Source: Clostridia bacterium | Lineage (GTDB): Bacteria > Bacillota > Clostridia > Oscillospirales > CAG-272 | Assembly (NCBI GenBank): GCA_017531765.1 | Contig: JAFXKJ010000019.1 | Span: forward strand, 18,660 to 82,659 | Length of the DNA: 64,000 nucleotides | Direction of reading: 5' to 3' | Part shown: positions 54,416 through 64,000 of the stretch, piece by piece | Layout: the number at the start of each line of letters is the position of its first letter | Position numbering within the stretch: position 1 is the stretch's first letter | The notes under the pieces: model-generated | What the model was told of the DNA's origin: nothing | Databases searched by the model: none | The model's input: only the letters and a program-made list of their open reading frames with translations | Translations under genes and position numbers: made by a program

Positions 54416-54451
54416 AATAAATCAGGCAAAAACGGTGGGGAATTCTTTTTG

Positions 54452-54480
54452 TTGACAAGACAGTGGTTTCGTAGTATAAT
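54452..54480 (+). promoter_or_regulatory. consensus sigma-A promoter of the marR-like gene
   Basis: TTGACA, 17-nt spacer, TATAAT. Inverted repeat tgttaa-N11-ttaaca immediately downstream is a possible operator. Confidence 0.7.
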
Positions 54481-54581
54481 TATTTTGTTAACTCGTTTTT
54501 TTAACATGATTTGACAGCGTTTTTTTGAAATTTACCGTGTGCGGTCATGTTTTTACAGCATTAGGCTGGATGGAGGTCAAA

Positions 54582-55043
54582 ATGTCAGAAAGATTTGAGA
54601 GATTCTCTCTTGCTATATCGGAAATATCCCGTCATTGGCATAAGCTGACTTCAAACGAAATGGAAAAGTATGGTCTTAAAGGTCCCCATTCCGTTTATCT
54701 CAGTACGCTTGCACGTTACCCCGAGGGACTTACAGGTCCCATGATCTGCGAGCTTTGCGGTAAGGATAAGGCGGATGTTTCCAGGATGATGGGCATTATG
54801 GAGAAAAAAGGTCTCGTTATCAAGGAGAGCACAAACAGAAATCTCTACAGAGCAGTTTTCAAGCTCACACCTGAGGGCTGTGAGGCCGCTGAATTCGTAG
54901 TCCGCCGTGCGACTCTTGCTGTTCATATCGCGGGACGTGATATGGACGATGAGACCCGCGAGATGTTTTATTCCTGCCTTGAGTTGATCTCAGCAAATCT
55001 TCGTGAATTGTGCCGTGACGGCATTCCCGACGATGTGGAATAA
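54582..55043 (+). CDS. MarR family transcriptional regulator
   Basis: Winged-helix pattern (LSTLARYPEGLT ... DKADVSRMMGIMEKKGLV). GGAGGT RBS before ATG 54582. Confidence 0.85.
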   Translation: MSERFERFSLAISEISRHWHKLTSNEMEKYGLKGPHSVYLSTLARYPEGLTGPMICELCGKDKADVSRMMGIMEKKGLVIKESTNRNLYRAVFKLTPEGCEAAEFVVRRATLAVHIAGRDMDDETREMFYSCLELISANLRELCRDGIPDDVE

Positions 55044-55075
55044 TAAAAAAACAAAAGAAAGGGCTCAAAAAGAAT

Positions 55076-57235
55076 ATGCCTCTTTCAGCTAAAAACGTGA
55101 GAGCTCAGCTTTCCCTTGCAAAGCCGATCATCTCAGGACTTTCCCTGAAAATGATACGATGCGGACAAAGCAAGATAGGCGAGATAGCTGAGTCTCGTTA
55201 TAAAGGAAAAGTTATACGCCGTGAGCATCGGTTTGACAACTTCAGCGGTGCGTGGATGATACCCGGCGACGAGAGACGGCAAGGCGTCATTCTCTATATT
55301 CACGGCGGCGGATATGCCTGCGGTGATATTGAATACGCTACGGGATTCGGGGCCGTGATCGCAGACAGATGCGGCTGCAGAGTTTTCTGTCCCGCTTACC
55401 GTCTTGCGCCCGAGAATAAATTCCCGTCGGCGCTTGACGACGTGATAGAAGCCTACAGATATCTTCTGTCCAAGGGTTATACGGGCGAGAAGATCACCCT
55501 GTGCGGCGAAAGCGCGGGAGGGGGACTTTGCTATTCTCTCTGTGCAATGCTCAGGGACCTTAGCCTTCCCCTGCCTTGCGGAATAATTGCAATTTCGCCG
55601 TGGACGGATCTTACCGCATCGGGTGAGTCATACGTTACAAATGAAAAGAATGACCCTTCAATGACCAAGGAGCTTTTGTCATTCTACGCGGACTGCTACA
55701 CGGACAACCGCAAGGATCCCCTTGTGTCACCGTTGTTTCTCAGTCATTTCGGAATGCCGCCGTCGCTGATTTTTGTGGGCGGGGATGAGATAATGCTTGA
55801 TGACTCTGTCAGACTCCATAAGAAGCTTATTGACTCTCACGTGGACAGTAAGCTTATCGTGACTCCCGAAAGGTGGCACGCATACGTTCTCTACTGTCTT
55901 AAAGAGGACAGAGGGGATTTCAGTGAGATGAACAGCTTTCTCAACCGAGTTATGGGTCCCGAACAGAGGCTGAGATGGCTGCCGCTTGATAACGCGGCAA
56001 AGATTTATCCCGCGGCACGGAGAGAGAACTGGAGCAATATTTTCAGAGTGTCCGCTACCTTCACTGAAGAGATAGACACCGATGTAATGCGCGATGCTCT
56101 AAACGTGACCGTACGCCGCTTTCCCTCATTTGCTGTGAGACTCAGACGGGGCGTGTTCTGGTACAGGCTTGAACAGCTTTCGGATGCCCCCGAGTTGTCG
56201 GAAGAATATAGCTATCCGCTGACACGGATGACAAACGCAGAAACGGGGAAGTGCGCTTTTCGGGTTATCGTACACGGGAAACGCCTTGCCGTTGAGATTT
56301 TCCACTCCATAACCGACGGTACGGGTGGAATGATTTTTCTAAAAACTCTGAGTGCAGAGTATTTGAGCAGAAAACACGGGATCAGAATACCGGCACAGCA
56401 CGGTGTTCTTAACAGACTTGACGATCCCGATGAAGCGGAGCTTGAGGATAGCTTCCTGAAATATTCGGGAGATGTTGTCGCAAACAGAAAAGAGCGTACG
56501 GCGTGGCATCTGTCGGGAACTCCCGAAAAGGGAGGACATTTGAATCTGACTTGCTTTGAGATGCCTGCCGATAAGGTGCTTGAAGCGGCACATTTATACA
56601 AGGTCAGCGTAACCGCATTTCTCTGTGCCGTGCAGATGATGGCACTGCAGAGACTGCAAACGGCAAAAGTCCCCGTCAAACGGAAGCGTAAGCCCATAAG
56701 GATACTGCTTCCCGTAAATCTCAGAAATCTTTTTGAGAGTAAAACTCTCCGCAATTTTGCCCTTTACACCACGCCTGAGATACTTCCGAGGTTGGGGGAG
56801 TATACTATGGATGAGATCTGTCAACTCGTAAAGCATCACATGGGTACGGAGATAACGAAAAAACAGATGGCAATGAAGATTGCCGCAAACGTACAGAGTG
56901 AAGAGATGCTTGTTGTCCGTATGATGCCGCTGTTCATAAAGAATATAGTTATGAAGGCTGTGTTTGACATAGTGGGCGAGCGAAAATCATGTCTGTCTCT
57001 TTCAAATCTCGGAGCAGTAAAGCTGCCGAGTGAGATGGATGAGTACGTTGAAAAATTTGATTTTGTTCTCGGTACGCAGGCGACGGCGCCGTACAACTGC
57101 GGTGTTGTATCCTATAAGGATCGAATGAACGTCAGCTTTATTCGCAATATAAAGGAATCGGATTTCGAGCTTGAATTTTATCGCGTGCTGAAAGAACACG
57201 GTATTCCTGTAAAGGTGCAGAGTAACCTGCGCTGA
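55076..57235 (+). CDS. fusion protein: alpha/beta-hydrolase fold-3 esterase (N) + HxxxD acyltransferase/condensation-like domain (C)
   Basis: N-domain has the HGGGY oxyanion motif and the GESAGG nucleophile elbow. C-domain has HSITDGTGG, an HxxxDG motif as in WS/DGAT, PapA5 and alcohol acetyltransferases. Confidence 0.75.
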   Translation: MPLSAKNVRAQLSLAKPIISGLSLKMIRCGQSKIGEIAESRYKGKVIRREHRFDNFSGAWMIPGDERRQGVILYIHGGGYACGDIEYATGFGAVIADRCGCRVFCPAYRLAPENKFPSALDDVIEAYRYLLSKGYTGEKITLCGESAGGGLCYSLCAMLRDLSLPLPCGIIAISPWTDLTASGESYVTNEKNDPSMTKELLSFYADCYTDNRKDPLVSPLFLSHFGMPPSLIFVGGDEIMLDDSVRLHKKLIDSHVDSKLIVTPERWHAYVLYCLKEDRGDFSEMNSFLNRVMGPEQRLRWLPLDNAAKIYPAARRENWSNIFRVSATFTEEIDTDVMRDALNVTVRRFPSFAVRLRRGVFWYRLEQLSDAPELSEEYSYPLTRMTNAETGKCAFRVIVHGKRLAVEIFHSITDGTGGMIFLKTLSAEYLSRKHGIRIPAQHGVLNRLDDPDEAELEDSFLKYSGDVVANRKERTAWHLSGTPEKGGHLNLTCFEMPADKVLEAAHLYKVSVTAFLCAVQMMALQRLQTAKVPVKRKRKPIRILLPVNLRNLFESKTLRNFALYTTPEILPRLGEYTMDEICQLVKHHMGTEITKKQMAMKIAANVQSEEMLVVRMMPLFIKNIVMKAVFDIVGERKSCLSLSNLGAVKLPSEMDEYVEKFDFVLGTQATAPYNCGVVSYKDRMNVSFIRNIKESDFELEFYRVLKEHGIPVKVQSNLR

Positions 57236-57304
57236 CAGTGTTGGTTTCGCCATAACTCAGGCGAGTATCATTATTTCGTAGCCGTTGGCTGAATGGAGAT
57301 TTTT

Positions 57305-58003
57305 ATGTACTGTATAAAATGCGGCGTGGAACTTGCAGACAGTGAAAAAAGCTGTCCGCTGTGCGGGACGGTCGTATACCATCCCGACTTTCCTCTTCGT
57401 GAGACAGAGGGAGAATATCCGAAAAACAAATATCCGTCGGACGGTAAAAAGAACAAGATCTGGCCGACAGCAGTTTTGTCAGGGGCGTATCTCATCCCGC
57501 TTGTTACGGTGTTCATGTGTGATCTGCACGTCAATGGAGGTGTAACCTGGTCGGGGTACGTTATGGGAGCGCTTCTTCTTACTTACGTTATGTTTATCCT
57601 CCCCGGGTGGTTCAAGCATCCAAACCCGGTGATATTTGTTCCCATTTCCTTTGCGGCGGTGGGGGGATATGTTTTGTACATCGACTTGACCTTAAAGGGC
57701 GGATGGTTCTTGTCCTTTGCATTCCCAGTCGTTACCATGCTTGGAGTCTATATTACCGTAGTGGTATCCCTTACAAGGTACCTGAAGAAAGGAAAGCTGT
57801 TTGTTTTCGGAGGATTGTTCGGTCTGCTTGGTGTCAGCGTTCTTCCCATGGAATTCCTTGCAAACTATACCTTCGGTGTGGAGAAATTCGTAGGATGGTT
57901 CGTATATCCCATGACACCTCTCGTGCTTCTCGGCGGATTCCTGATCTTTCTCGGTATCTACCGCCCCGCACGTGAAACGATGGAGAGACTGTTCTATTTT
58001 TGA
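57305..58003 (+). CDS. zinc-ribbon membrane protein (possibly DUF6320-like)
   Basis: MYCIKCG..CPLCG zinc ribbon followed by about five TM segments. GGAG lies 6 nt before ATG 57305. Confidence 0.65.
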   Translation: MYCIKCGVELADSEKSCPLCGTVVYHPDFPLRETEGEYPKNKYPSDGKKNKIWPTAVLSGAYLIPLVTVFMCDLHVNGGVTWSGYVMGALLLTYVMFILPGWFKHPNPVIFVPISFAAVGGYVLYIDLTLKGGWFLSFAFPVVTMLGVYITVVVSLTRYLKKGKLFVFGGLFGLLGVSVLPMEFLANYTFGVEKFVGWFVYPMTPLVLLGGFLIFLGIYRPARETMERLFYF

Positions 58004-58034
58004 TGAATTTATACGTTAAAGAGGTATGCTAACG

Positions 58035-58748
58035 ATGAATATTTCAACCGTGCTTTTTGACCTTGACGGTACCCTCCTTCCGATGGACCAGGATGTGTTC
58101 GTCAAGAGCTACTTCGGAGGCCTTGCCGCAAAGCTTGCGCCGAGAGGGTATGACGCTGAATCTCTCGTGAAGGCGATCTGGGCGGGGACTGCATCAATGA
58201 TCAATAATAACGGCGAGAGAACGAACGATGAGATGTTCTGGGAGTCGTTTTCCTCCATTCTGGGTGACAGAGTCCGTGATGATACTCCTTTGTTTGATGA
58301 TTTCTACAGAAACGAATTCAATAACGTTGCAAAAGTGTGCGGATTCGACCCCCGCGCCAATGAGACTGTGAAATATATCAAAAACCTGGGACTCAGAGTC
58401 GCTCTTGCAACGAATCCTCTTTTTCCTCCCGAGGCAACTGAGGCACGGATTCGTTGGGCAGGACTTGAAAAGGACGATTTTGAGCTTGTGACCACATATA
58501 ATAACTGCAGATTCTGCAAACCGAATCTGAGTTATTACATCGATATCATGGAGAAGCTGGGAACTTCTCCCGATGAATGTCTCATGGTCGGTAACGACGT
58601 GAGCGAAGACATGATCACCGCCGAGCTCGGAATGAAGGTGTTCCTTCTTACCGATAATCTCATCAACAAAAGCTCCGCTGACATTTCAAAATACAAACGC
58701 GGAAGCTTCGGTGAGCTGAGAGAGTATATTGATACACTTGTCGGTTAA
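58035..58748 (+). CDS. HAD-family hydrolase
   Basis: FDLDGTL motif I, ATN (motif II-like), GNDVSEDM motif. Confidence 0.8.
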   Translation: MNISTVLFDLDGTLLPMDQDVFVKSYFGGLAAKLAPRGYDAESLVKAIWAGTASMINNNGERTNDEMFWESFSSILGDRVRDDTPLFDDFYRNEFNNVAKVCGFDPRANETVKYIKNLGLRVALATNPLFPPEATEARIRWAGLEKDDFELVTTYNNCRFCKPNLSYYIDIMEKLGTSPDECLMVGNDVSEDMITAELGMKVFLLTDNLINKSSADISKYKRGSFGELREYIDTLVG

Positions 58749-58785
58749 AAACTCGATAATATATTCGCCCTTACAGGAGAAGACT

Positions 58786-59139
58786 ATGTTTGGCAGAAAA
58801 AACAAAAATCATTGGACAAAGAGTAAAAATCCCGACAGCAAGAGATACAAGCTTGATATGGCGGCGCATCTTCACGGAATGAGCCTGAAATGCGTGACGG
58901 AGAGAATAAACGGAATCGAAGAGATTGTGGGAAAAGGCGGCTCAATCACCTACCGTAACGGTGAGATCATCGTTTTTTCAAGCATGGAGACCGTTTTTCG
59001 CTGTGATGTGCTTCAAATGAATGCATGGGAGCTTATGTCCCTTGACGGAGTTGTTATAACCGCCCCCGATACCGAACACGGCGGGGAAGAGAGAACCATA
59101 ATCGCACATTACAGCTATTGGAGACCCCTTGATAATTAA
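58786..59139 (+). CDS. hypothetical protein
   Basis: 118-aa ORF with AGGAGA RBS 5 nt upstream, abutting rluA-like gene start. No recognisable motif. Confidence 0.5.
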   Translation: MFGRKNKNHWTKSKNPDSKRYKLDMAAHLHGMSLKCVTERINGIEEIVGKGGSITYRNGEIIVFSSMETVFRCDVLQMNAWELMSLDGVVITAPDTEHGGEERTIIAHYSYWRPLDN

Positions 59140-60087
59140 ATGGATATTATAACTGATGAAAAGCTCTGCGGCATGACCGTGCGTGAGGTGCTTCAAAAGG
59201 AGCTGCGATATTCTTCAAATATGATAAAGAAGCTGAAGTTTTCCGACGGCGGAATTCTCGTCAACGGAAGCTTCGTCACAGTCAGATATGAGCTGAAGCG
59301 GGGCGACGTGCTGTCTCTTGCCGTGGAAGACAAGGCAGAGGATGTAAGTCCTTACACCGTGCCGTCGCCGATTCATATTGATATTATATACGAGGACGAG
59401 TGGCTGACCGCCGTAAACAAGCCTCACGCAATGCCCTCCCATCCGTCACTCGGTCATAAAACAGACACTGTATCAAACGCATTGGCATACAGATACAGAG
59501 ATAAAAACTATGTGTTCCGACCGGTCAACCGACTTGACCGTGATACCAGCGGATGTATGCTCACCGCAAATTCCAAGGCGGCATCATATATAATGTATAA
59601 GTCTATGGTAGACGGTGATATAAAAAAGTATTACGTCGCCGTAACGGACGGTTTTCCCGATACCGATGAGGGCACACTCCGCTCGTACCTCAAAAGGGAA
59701 GAGGGGAGCATAATAAAGCGTGCCGTGACCACCGCCGACGACGTAGAAGGAAAGATAGCCGTGACCGAATTCAGGGTACTGTGGCGTGAAGGCTCCCACG
59801 GTGTACTGCTCCTGTCTCCCGTTACGGGAAGGACCCATCAGATAAGGCTTCAGCTTGCTGACTTTGGCTGTCCCGTGACAGGAGACGATATGTACGGCTG
59901 CCCGTCAAGCCATATTTTAAGGCAGGCGCTCCATTCCTTCGTAACAAAGCTTCCCCATCCAAACAGCGGTGAAGCACTGAAGCTGACAGCTCCCCTTAAA
60001 GATGATATGACAAATCTTATACGCGCCGTTTTCAGTGACTCAGATAGGGTGCTTGACAAAATACTTAAAACCGCTCAGCTTCTCTGA
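59140..60087 (+). CDS. RluA-family pseudouridine synthase (with S4-like N-domain)
   Basis: Catalytic motif NRLDRDTSG and HQIRLQ later. Confidence 0.9.
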   Translation: MDIITDEKLCGMTVREVLQKELRYSSNMIKKLKFSDGGILVNGSFVTVRYELKRGDVLSLAVEDKAEDVSPYTVPSPIHIDIIYEDEWLTAVNKPHAMPSHPSLGHKTDTVSNALAYRYRDKNYVFRPVNRLDRDTSGCMLTANSKAASYIMYKSMVDGDIKKYYVAVTDGFPDTDEGTLRSYLKREEGSIIKRAVTTADDVEGKIAVTEFRVLWREGSHGVLLLSPVTGRTHQIRLQLADFGCPVTGDDMYGCPSSHILRQALHSFVTKLPHPNSGEALKLTAPLKDDMTNLIRAVFSDSDRVLDKILKTAQLL

Positions 60088-60122
60088 AAAAAATAAAAAT
60101 CAATTAAGGTAACGTAATTTCT

Positions 60123-61244
60123 ATGAAGATTCTGAAAAAAATCAAAGGATTTTTCCGTAATTGTTTTCCCGTTGTCCCGAGGATATTTTTCGCTCTCGGA
60201 CTCATTTCGGCAGTGCTGTATATAATGTTTATATATAATACTTCTTTTGCCGATTTCTTTAACGATACCGTCAGCCGTTATTTGAGAATTGCATTTGCCA
60301 AGGTCACGTCCGTGCTGCCGTTTTCTCTTGCCGAAGCGATCATTTTTACCATACCCGTGACAGCGTTCCTGTTTCTCAGATGTATATTCAGACATATGGA
60401 TTCCCATCCTCACGGATTCGGCAGAAGCGTGGTTTCCTTGCTGTCTGTGGTTGCGTTGCTGTTTTCTGTATTTACCTTTAACGTGGCGGCGGGTTACAGA
60501 ACGACGACCCTTGACGTGAAGCTCGGATATGTAACGGGGGAGGTTTCCGTGGAAGATCTGAAAGAGACTGCGGAATACACTGTAGAGAGGCTTAACGCTC
60601 TCGCTGACAGTATCGCCTTCACTCCGGGAGGCTCCGTGCGCTCATATACTCACAGTGAAACGGTTAGCAAGATCACCGAGTCCTACGATAAGCTCTCAGA
60701 GAAGTACAGCTTTATCACAAGCTTCAAGGCTCCCGTCAAAAGACTTGCAATCTCTCCTCTAATGACCTATACCCATGTCTCGGGAATTTACACCTTCTTT
60801 ACGGGTGAAGCGAACCTTAATACAAATTATCCCGAATACGTTAACGTGTTTACCATTGCCCACGAAATGGCGCATCAGAGAGGCATTGCAAGAGAAAACG
60901 AGGCTAATTTCATCGCGTACCTGATATGTACCGAGTCCGATGACGTTTATATGCAGTACAGCGGTTACCTCAATATGTTTGAATATCTTGATGAAGCTCT
61001 TTATAAAGTGTTATCCGTTGAGGAAAGAAATAAGCTTTACGAAAAGCTTGATCCCAGAATATATAACGATATCGTCAGCTACATTAAATTTTTTGAAAAG
61101 TACAGTGATTCCACAGCATCCCATGTTACCGGAACTGTAAACAATATTTATCTGCAGAGCCAAGGCACACCGGGTCTTCAGAGCTACGGAATGGTAGTCG
61201 ATCTCGCTGTTGAACACTATAAAGCCATGAGATCTGAGCCCTGA
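60123..61244 (+). CDS. DUF3810-like membrane-associated zinc metalloprotease-like protein
   Basis: N-terminal TM segments and an HEMAHQRG (HExxH) motif. Confidence 0.7.
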   Translation: MKILKKIKGFFRNCFPVVPRIFFALGLISAVLYIMFIYNTSFADFFNDTVSRYLRIAFAKVTSVLPFSLAEAIIFTIPVTAFLFLRCIFRHMDSHPHGFGRSVVSLLSVVALLFSVFTFNVAAGYRTTTLDVKLGYVTGEVSVEDLKETAEYTVERLNALADSIAFTPGGSVRSYTHSETVSKITESYDKLSEKYSFITSFKAPVKRLAISPLMTYTHVSGIYTFFTGEANLNTNYPEYVNVFTIAHEMAHQRGIARENEANFIAYLICTESDDVYMQYSGYLNMFEYLDEALYKVLSVEERNKLYEKLDPRIYNDIVSYIKFFEKYSDSTASHVTGTVNNIYLQSQGTPGLQSYGMVVDLAVEHYKAMRSEP

Positions 61245-61673
61245 GAGGAGTCTCGAACGTGGGTTGTCTACAAGTGCCTATGATCTTAGGCAAAAGTAGT
61301 TGAAATTCGCGATCGTATGTTCGCTTTCGGCGGTCAAGGGTCGTGAAAGTGATTTTTGGCAGTTGACAGAGAAGATTTTCCTATACATCAATCAAAAAGT
61401 GTATACTGTACTGTGTGAAAATACAACAAAAATCCGACTGGTGCCGACGGAAATTATGGTGCAAAAGGACTATTAGTATTAAGTTTGTGAAAATCTCTCT
61501 AAAAACTCTTTCATTTTTGATAAATTGCTGATATAATATTAAATGGCGAATGCCGTAAATATTTATTGAATTACACTTTAGTTTACCATATACACAGCAG
61601 GACGCCCCTGCGTACCGCAGATTTGCGATACAAAAAATTAAAATTGCCGTGAGGAGATCACGGAGGAGCAGTT

Positions 61674-62966
61674 ATGGAAAAAATAGTAATAAACGGAGGC
61701 GCACCGTTACGCGGTGAAGTTGAGATCAGCGGTTTTAAGAATGCCGCCCTGCCCATAATTTATGCGTGCGTACTCGTAAGAGATAAATGTATTATTGAAA
61801 ATGTTCCCAATGTACTTGATATAAACCGTTCTTTTGAGATACTCAGAGGTATGGGTGCAACCATCAAAACCATCGATAGGACAACTGTTGAGATCGATTG
61901 TACAAATGTTGTGAGCGGTACTTCCGATTACAGCCTTGTCAGACGTCTCCGCGGCTCTTATTACCTTTTGGGTGCGGAGTTCGGAAGATTCGGAAAGGCG
62001 AGAGTTGCGTACCCCGGCGGATGTGATTTTGGAGTTAGACCCATCGACCAGCACATTAAAGGCTTCAAAGCTCTTGGCGGTGAGGTTATAACCGACGGTG
62101 GGTATATTGAAATTTCCACAAAGATCGGCAGAGCGAAGGGAACAAATATTTTCTTTGACATGGTAACGGTGGGTGCGACCCTTAACGTTATGCTTGCCGC
62201 AGTTCTCGGCGAGGGCACCACTATAATTGAAAACGCGGCGCGTGAGCCTCATATCGTAGACTGTGCCAACTTTCTTAACAGTTGCGGTGCTAAGATCTCG
62301 GGCGCAGGCTCCGATATAATCAAGATCCGCGGAGTATCCGAGCTTCACGGTTGCAGATACGCCATCATTCCCGATATGATCGAGGCAGGCTCCTTTATGG
62401 TTGCCGCCGCGGCGACGAGGGGCGACGTTACGGTTACAAACGTAATTCCGAAGCACCTTGAGTCTATTACCGCAAAGCTTGAGGAAGTGGGTGTTTCGGT
62501 GGAAGAATTTGATGATTCCATCAGAGTATCCGTTGACGGACCTCTGAGACCCACCAACGTAAAGACCCTTCCTTACCCCGGATTCCCCACTGATATGCAT
62601 CCTCAGATGTGCGCGTTCCTTACCACGGTTCAGGGCGTAAGCTTCATCAATGAGAGTATATATGATAACCGCTTCAAGTATGTTCAAGAGCTTAAGCGAA
62701 TGAATGCGGCAGTAAAGGTTGAAGGACGTATGGTTACCATTGAGGGCGGAGTTACTCTTTCTGCGGCTCCCCTTGTAGCGGTTGACCTGAGAGGCGGAAT
62801 TGCCGTAATTATTGCTGCCCTTACCTGCAGTGGTCAGAGTGAGGTTACGGACATACATCTTATTGAACGCGGATACGACGACCTTGTAGGCAAGCTTAAG
62901 CAGTTGGGAGCTGACATCAAAAAAGTGTATGTTCCCGATCCCGTAGCACTAAAAAAAGCCAACTGA
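61674..62966 (+). CDS. murA: UDP-N-acetylglucosamine 1-carboxyvinyltransferase
   Basis: KNAALPI, YPGGCDFGVRPIDQH (active-site Cys loop), PGFPTDMHPQ. Confidence 0.97.
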   Translation: MEKIVINGGAPLRGEVEISGFKNAALPIIYACVLVRDKCIIENVPNVLDINRSFEILRGMGATIKTIDRTTVEIDCTNVVSGTSDYSLVRRLRGSYYLLGAEFGRFGKARVAYPGGCDFGVRPIDQHIKGFKALGGEVITDGGYIEISTKIGRAKGTNIFFDMVTVGATLNVMLAAVLGEGTTIIENAAREPHIVDCANFLNSCGAKISGAGSDIIKIRGVSELHGCRYAIIPDMIEAGSFMVAAAATRGDVTVTNVIPKHLESITAKLEEVGVSVEEFDDSIRVSVDGPLRPTNVKTLPYPGFPTDMHPQMCAFLTTVQGVSFINESIYDNRFKYVQELKRMNAAVKVEGRMVTIEGGVTLSAAPLVAVDLRGGIAVIIAALTCSGQSEVTDIHLIERGYDDLVGKLKQLGADIKKVYVPDPVALKKAN

Positions 62967-63016
62967 AAACAGATTTGAAAACGTTAAAGAAGTTGAAACG
63001 AAAGGAAAGTTTAATA

Positions 63017-63220
63017 ATGGTAGTAACAAGAGAAACAATCATCGGTGAAGTTCTTGATTTTGATCCCGAAGCAGGACAGTTCTTCCTTGAGATCGGTATG
63101 CACTGTCTCACTTGTCCCGTTTCCCGTAATGAGTCCATTGAGGATGCTTGCGAGGTTCACGGAACAGATGCTGATGCTCTTATTGCGAAGCTTAACGCTT
63201 ATTTTGCAGAGCAGAAGTAA
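63017..63220 (+). CDS. DUF1858-like small redox/disulfide-domain protein
   Basis: 67 aa with IGMHCLTCP and the ESIEDACEVHG pattern of hybrid-cluster-associated DUF1858 proteins. Confidence 0.65.
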   Translation: MVVTRETIIGEVLDFDPEAGQFFLEIGMHCLTCPVSRNESIEDACEVHGTDADALIAKLNAYFAEQK

Positions 63221-63240
63221 GACATAATAAGTAAAATCAG

Positions 63241-63277
63241 CCGAAGCCGGCACTGTCTCGGCTTCGGTGATTTTTTT
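63241..63277 (+). terminator. intrinsic terminator
   Basis: 9-bp perfect stem ccgaagccg/cggcttcgg followed by a T7 run. Confidence 0.85.
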
Positions 63278-63306
63278 AGATTACATATTTTTAGATTACA
63301 TATTTT
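63277..63306. repeat. perfect 15-bp tandem duplication
   Basis: tagattacatatttt occurs twice back to back. Confidence 0.9.
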
Positions 63307-63339
63307 TCTTATCAGATTTTACGAAAGGTGAAAACTATA

Positions 63340-64000
63340 ATGCCCAATAAAATCATGCTTCCAGTGCTTGACGACAGACTTTTTCTTATTGCGTCAATGG
63401 TTCGCGAGGGCGGAGTTCCCCTTGATGTGGGAACAGACCACGCATATGTCCCGATCTACCTTATAAAAAGCGGCATATGCGCTCACGCTGTCGCTTCCGA
63501 CGTAAACCGTCAGCCTCTCACAAACGCTTGCGTAAACGCGCAGAAATTCGGAGTATTCGATAAGATCAATTTCTGCCTCGGAAACGGAATCGCGGATATT
63601 CATCCCGAGCAGTATGAGGTTACTGATATTATCATTGCGGGAATGGGCGGCGAGCTTATCGCTGAGATCATAGATAATTCCGATTACACACGAATTCCGG
63701 GTATCAGACTCATTCTTCAGCCCATGAGTTCTCTTCAGGAGCTGAGAGGCTATCTCGCTGAAATGGGATATGCGACCATTGACGAAAAGCTTTGCCGCGC
63801 GGGGGATAAATACTATACCTGCATTGTTGCTGAGTACGACGGTATCAGACGTGAAGTGCCTCCCGTAAGGCTTCTTCTCGGAGACGTAGCACGCAACGAA
63901 GCCGATCCTCTTGTAAACGGTTTTCTTGAGTTTACCTGCGAAAAGCTTGTTAAGAAAATAAAAGGCAGACGTATGGGAGGTCTGCCTACCGCAAGAGAAG
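63340..64000 (+). CDS. trmK: tRNA (adenine22-N1)-methyltransferase TrmK-like, 3'-truncated by window edge
   Basis: An ORF absent from the track because it has no stop in the window. It reads MPNKIMLPVLDDRLFLIASMV..PLDVGTDHAYVPIYL ... IIIAGMGGELI, which is typical of TrmK. Confidence 0.8.
   Translation, partial: MPNKIMLPVLDDRLFLIASMVREGGVPLDVGTDHAYVPIYLIKSGICAHAVASDVNRQPLTNACVNAQKFGVFDKINFCLGNGIADIHPEQYEVTDIIIAGMGGELIAEIIDNSDYTRIPGIRLILQPMSSLQELRGYLAEMGYATIDEKLCRAGDKYYTCIVAEYDGIRREVPPVRLLLGDVARNEADPLVNGFLEFTCEKLVKKIKGRRMGGLPTARE

Noticed and set aside
1-64000. Search for prophage, IS, integrative-element, tRNA and rRNA signatures.
   Set aside because: I recognised no integrase, transposase, recombinase, capsid or terminase motifs in any frame, and no tRNA cloverleaf or rRNA-like conserved strings. 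The only mobile-looking material is the short non-coding repeat family.

Overview
This window looks like a chromosomal segment from a Gram-positive anaerobe. The inference rests on Clostridia-type gene content: a T-box leader, a DUF3794/SPOCS sporulation-type protein, a glycyl-radical enzyme, and TTGACA-17-TATAAT promoters. Most of it is ordinary housekeeping: ilvE, uvrB, a deoC-deoD-cdd-pdp nucleoside operon, proBAC, T-box-controlled pheS/pheT, trxA, mntP, murA, rluA and trmK. I saw no rRNA, tRNA, CRISPR array, transposase or integrase.

The main finding is an 8.1-kb head-to-tail array of six diverged paralogs (27608-35725, minus strand). They encode ~400-aa cytoplasmic proteins that I cannot assign to a named family. 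Motif logic suggests a glycoside-hydrolase-like TIM barrel plus a beta-sandwich. Four of the six have their own consensus promoter. The two most similar copies share a nearly identical 75-nt stretch at their 3' ends, and a mosaic repeat element sits inside the array.

Other items worth a second look:
- A 0.85-kb gene-free mosaic of hairpin repeats (39.95-40.8 kb), including REP-like hairpins carrying a conserved CCCCTACA (GTAG) motif.
- An adjacent ~220-nt structured sRNA candidate with its own promoter and terminator and a 6S-like layout.
- An unusually short glycyl-radical enzyme operon that includes a SASA-type esterase.
- A small sulfite-reductase-like gene linked to a BtuFCD-type importer and sirC.
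- An esterase-acyltransferase fusion protein.
- A kinase gene inserted between pheS and pheT.

All functional calls come from reading motifs by eye. No database search was run.
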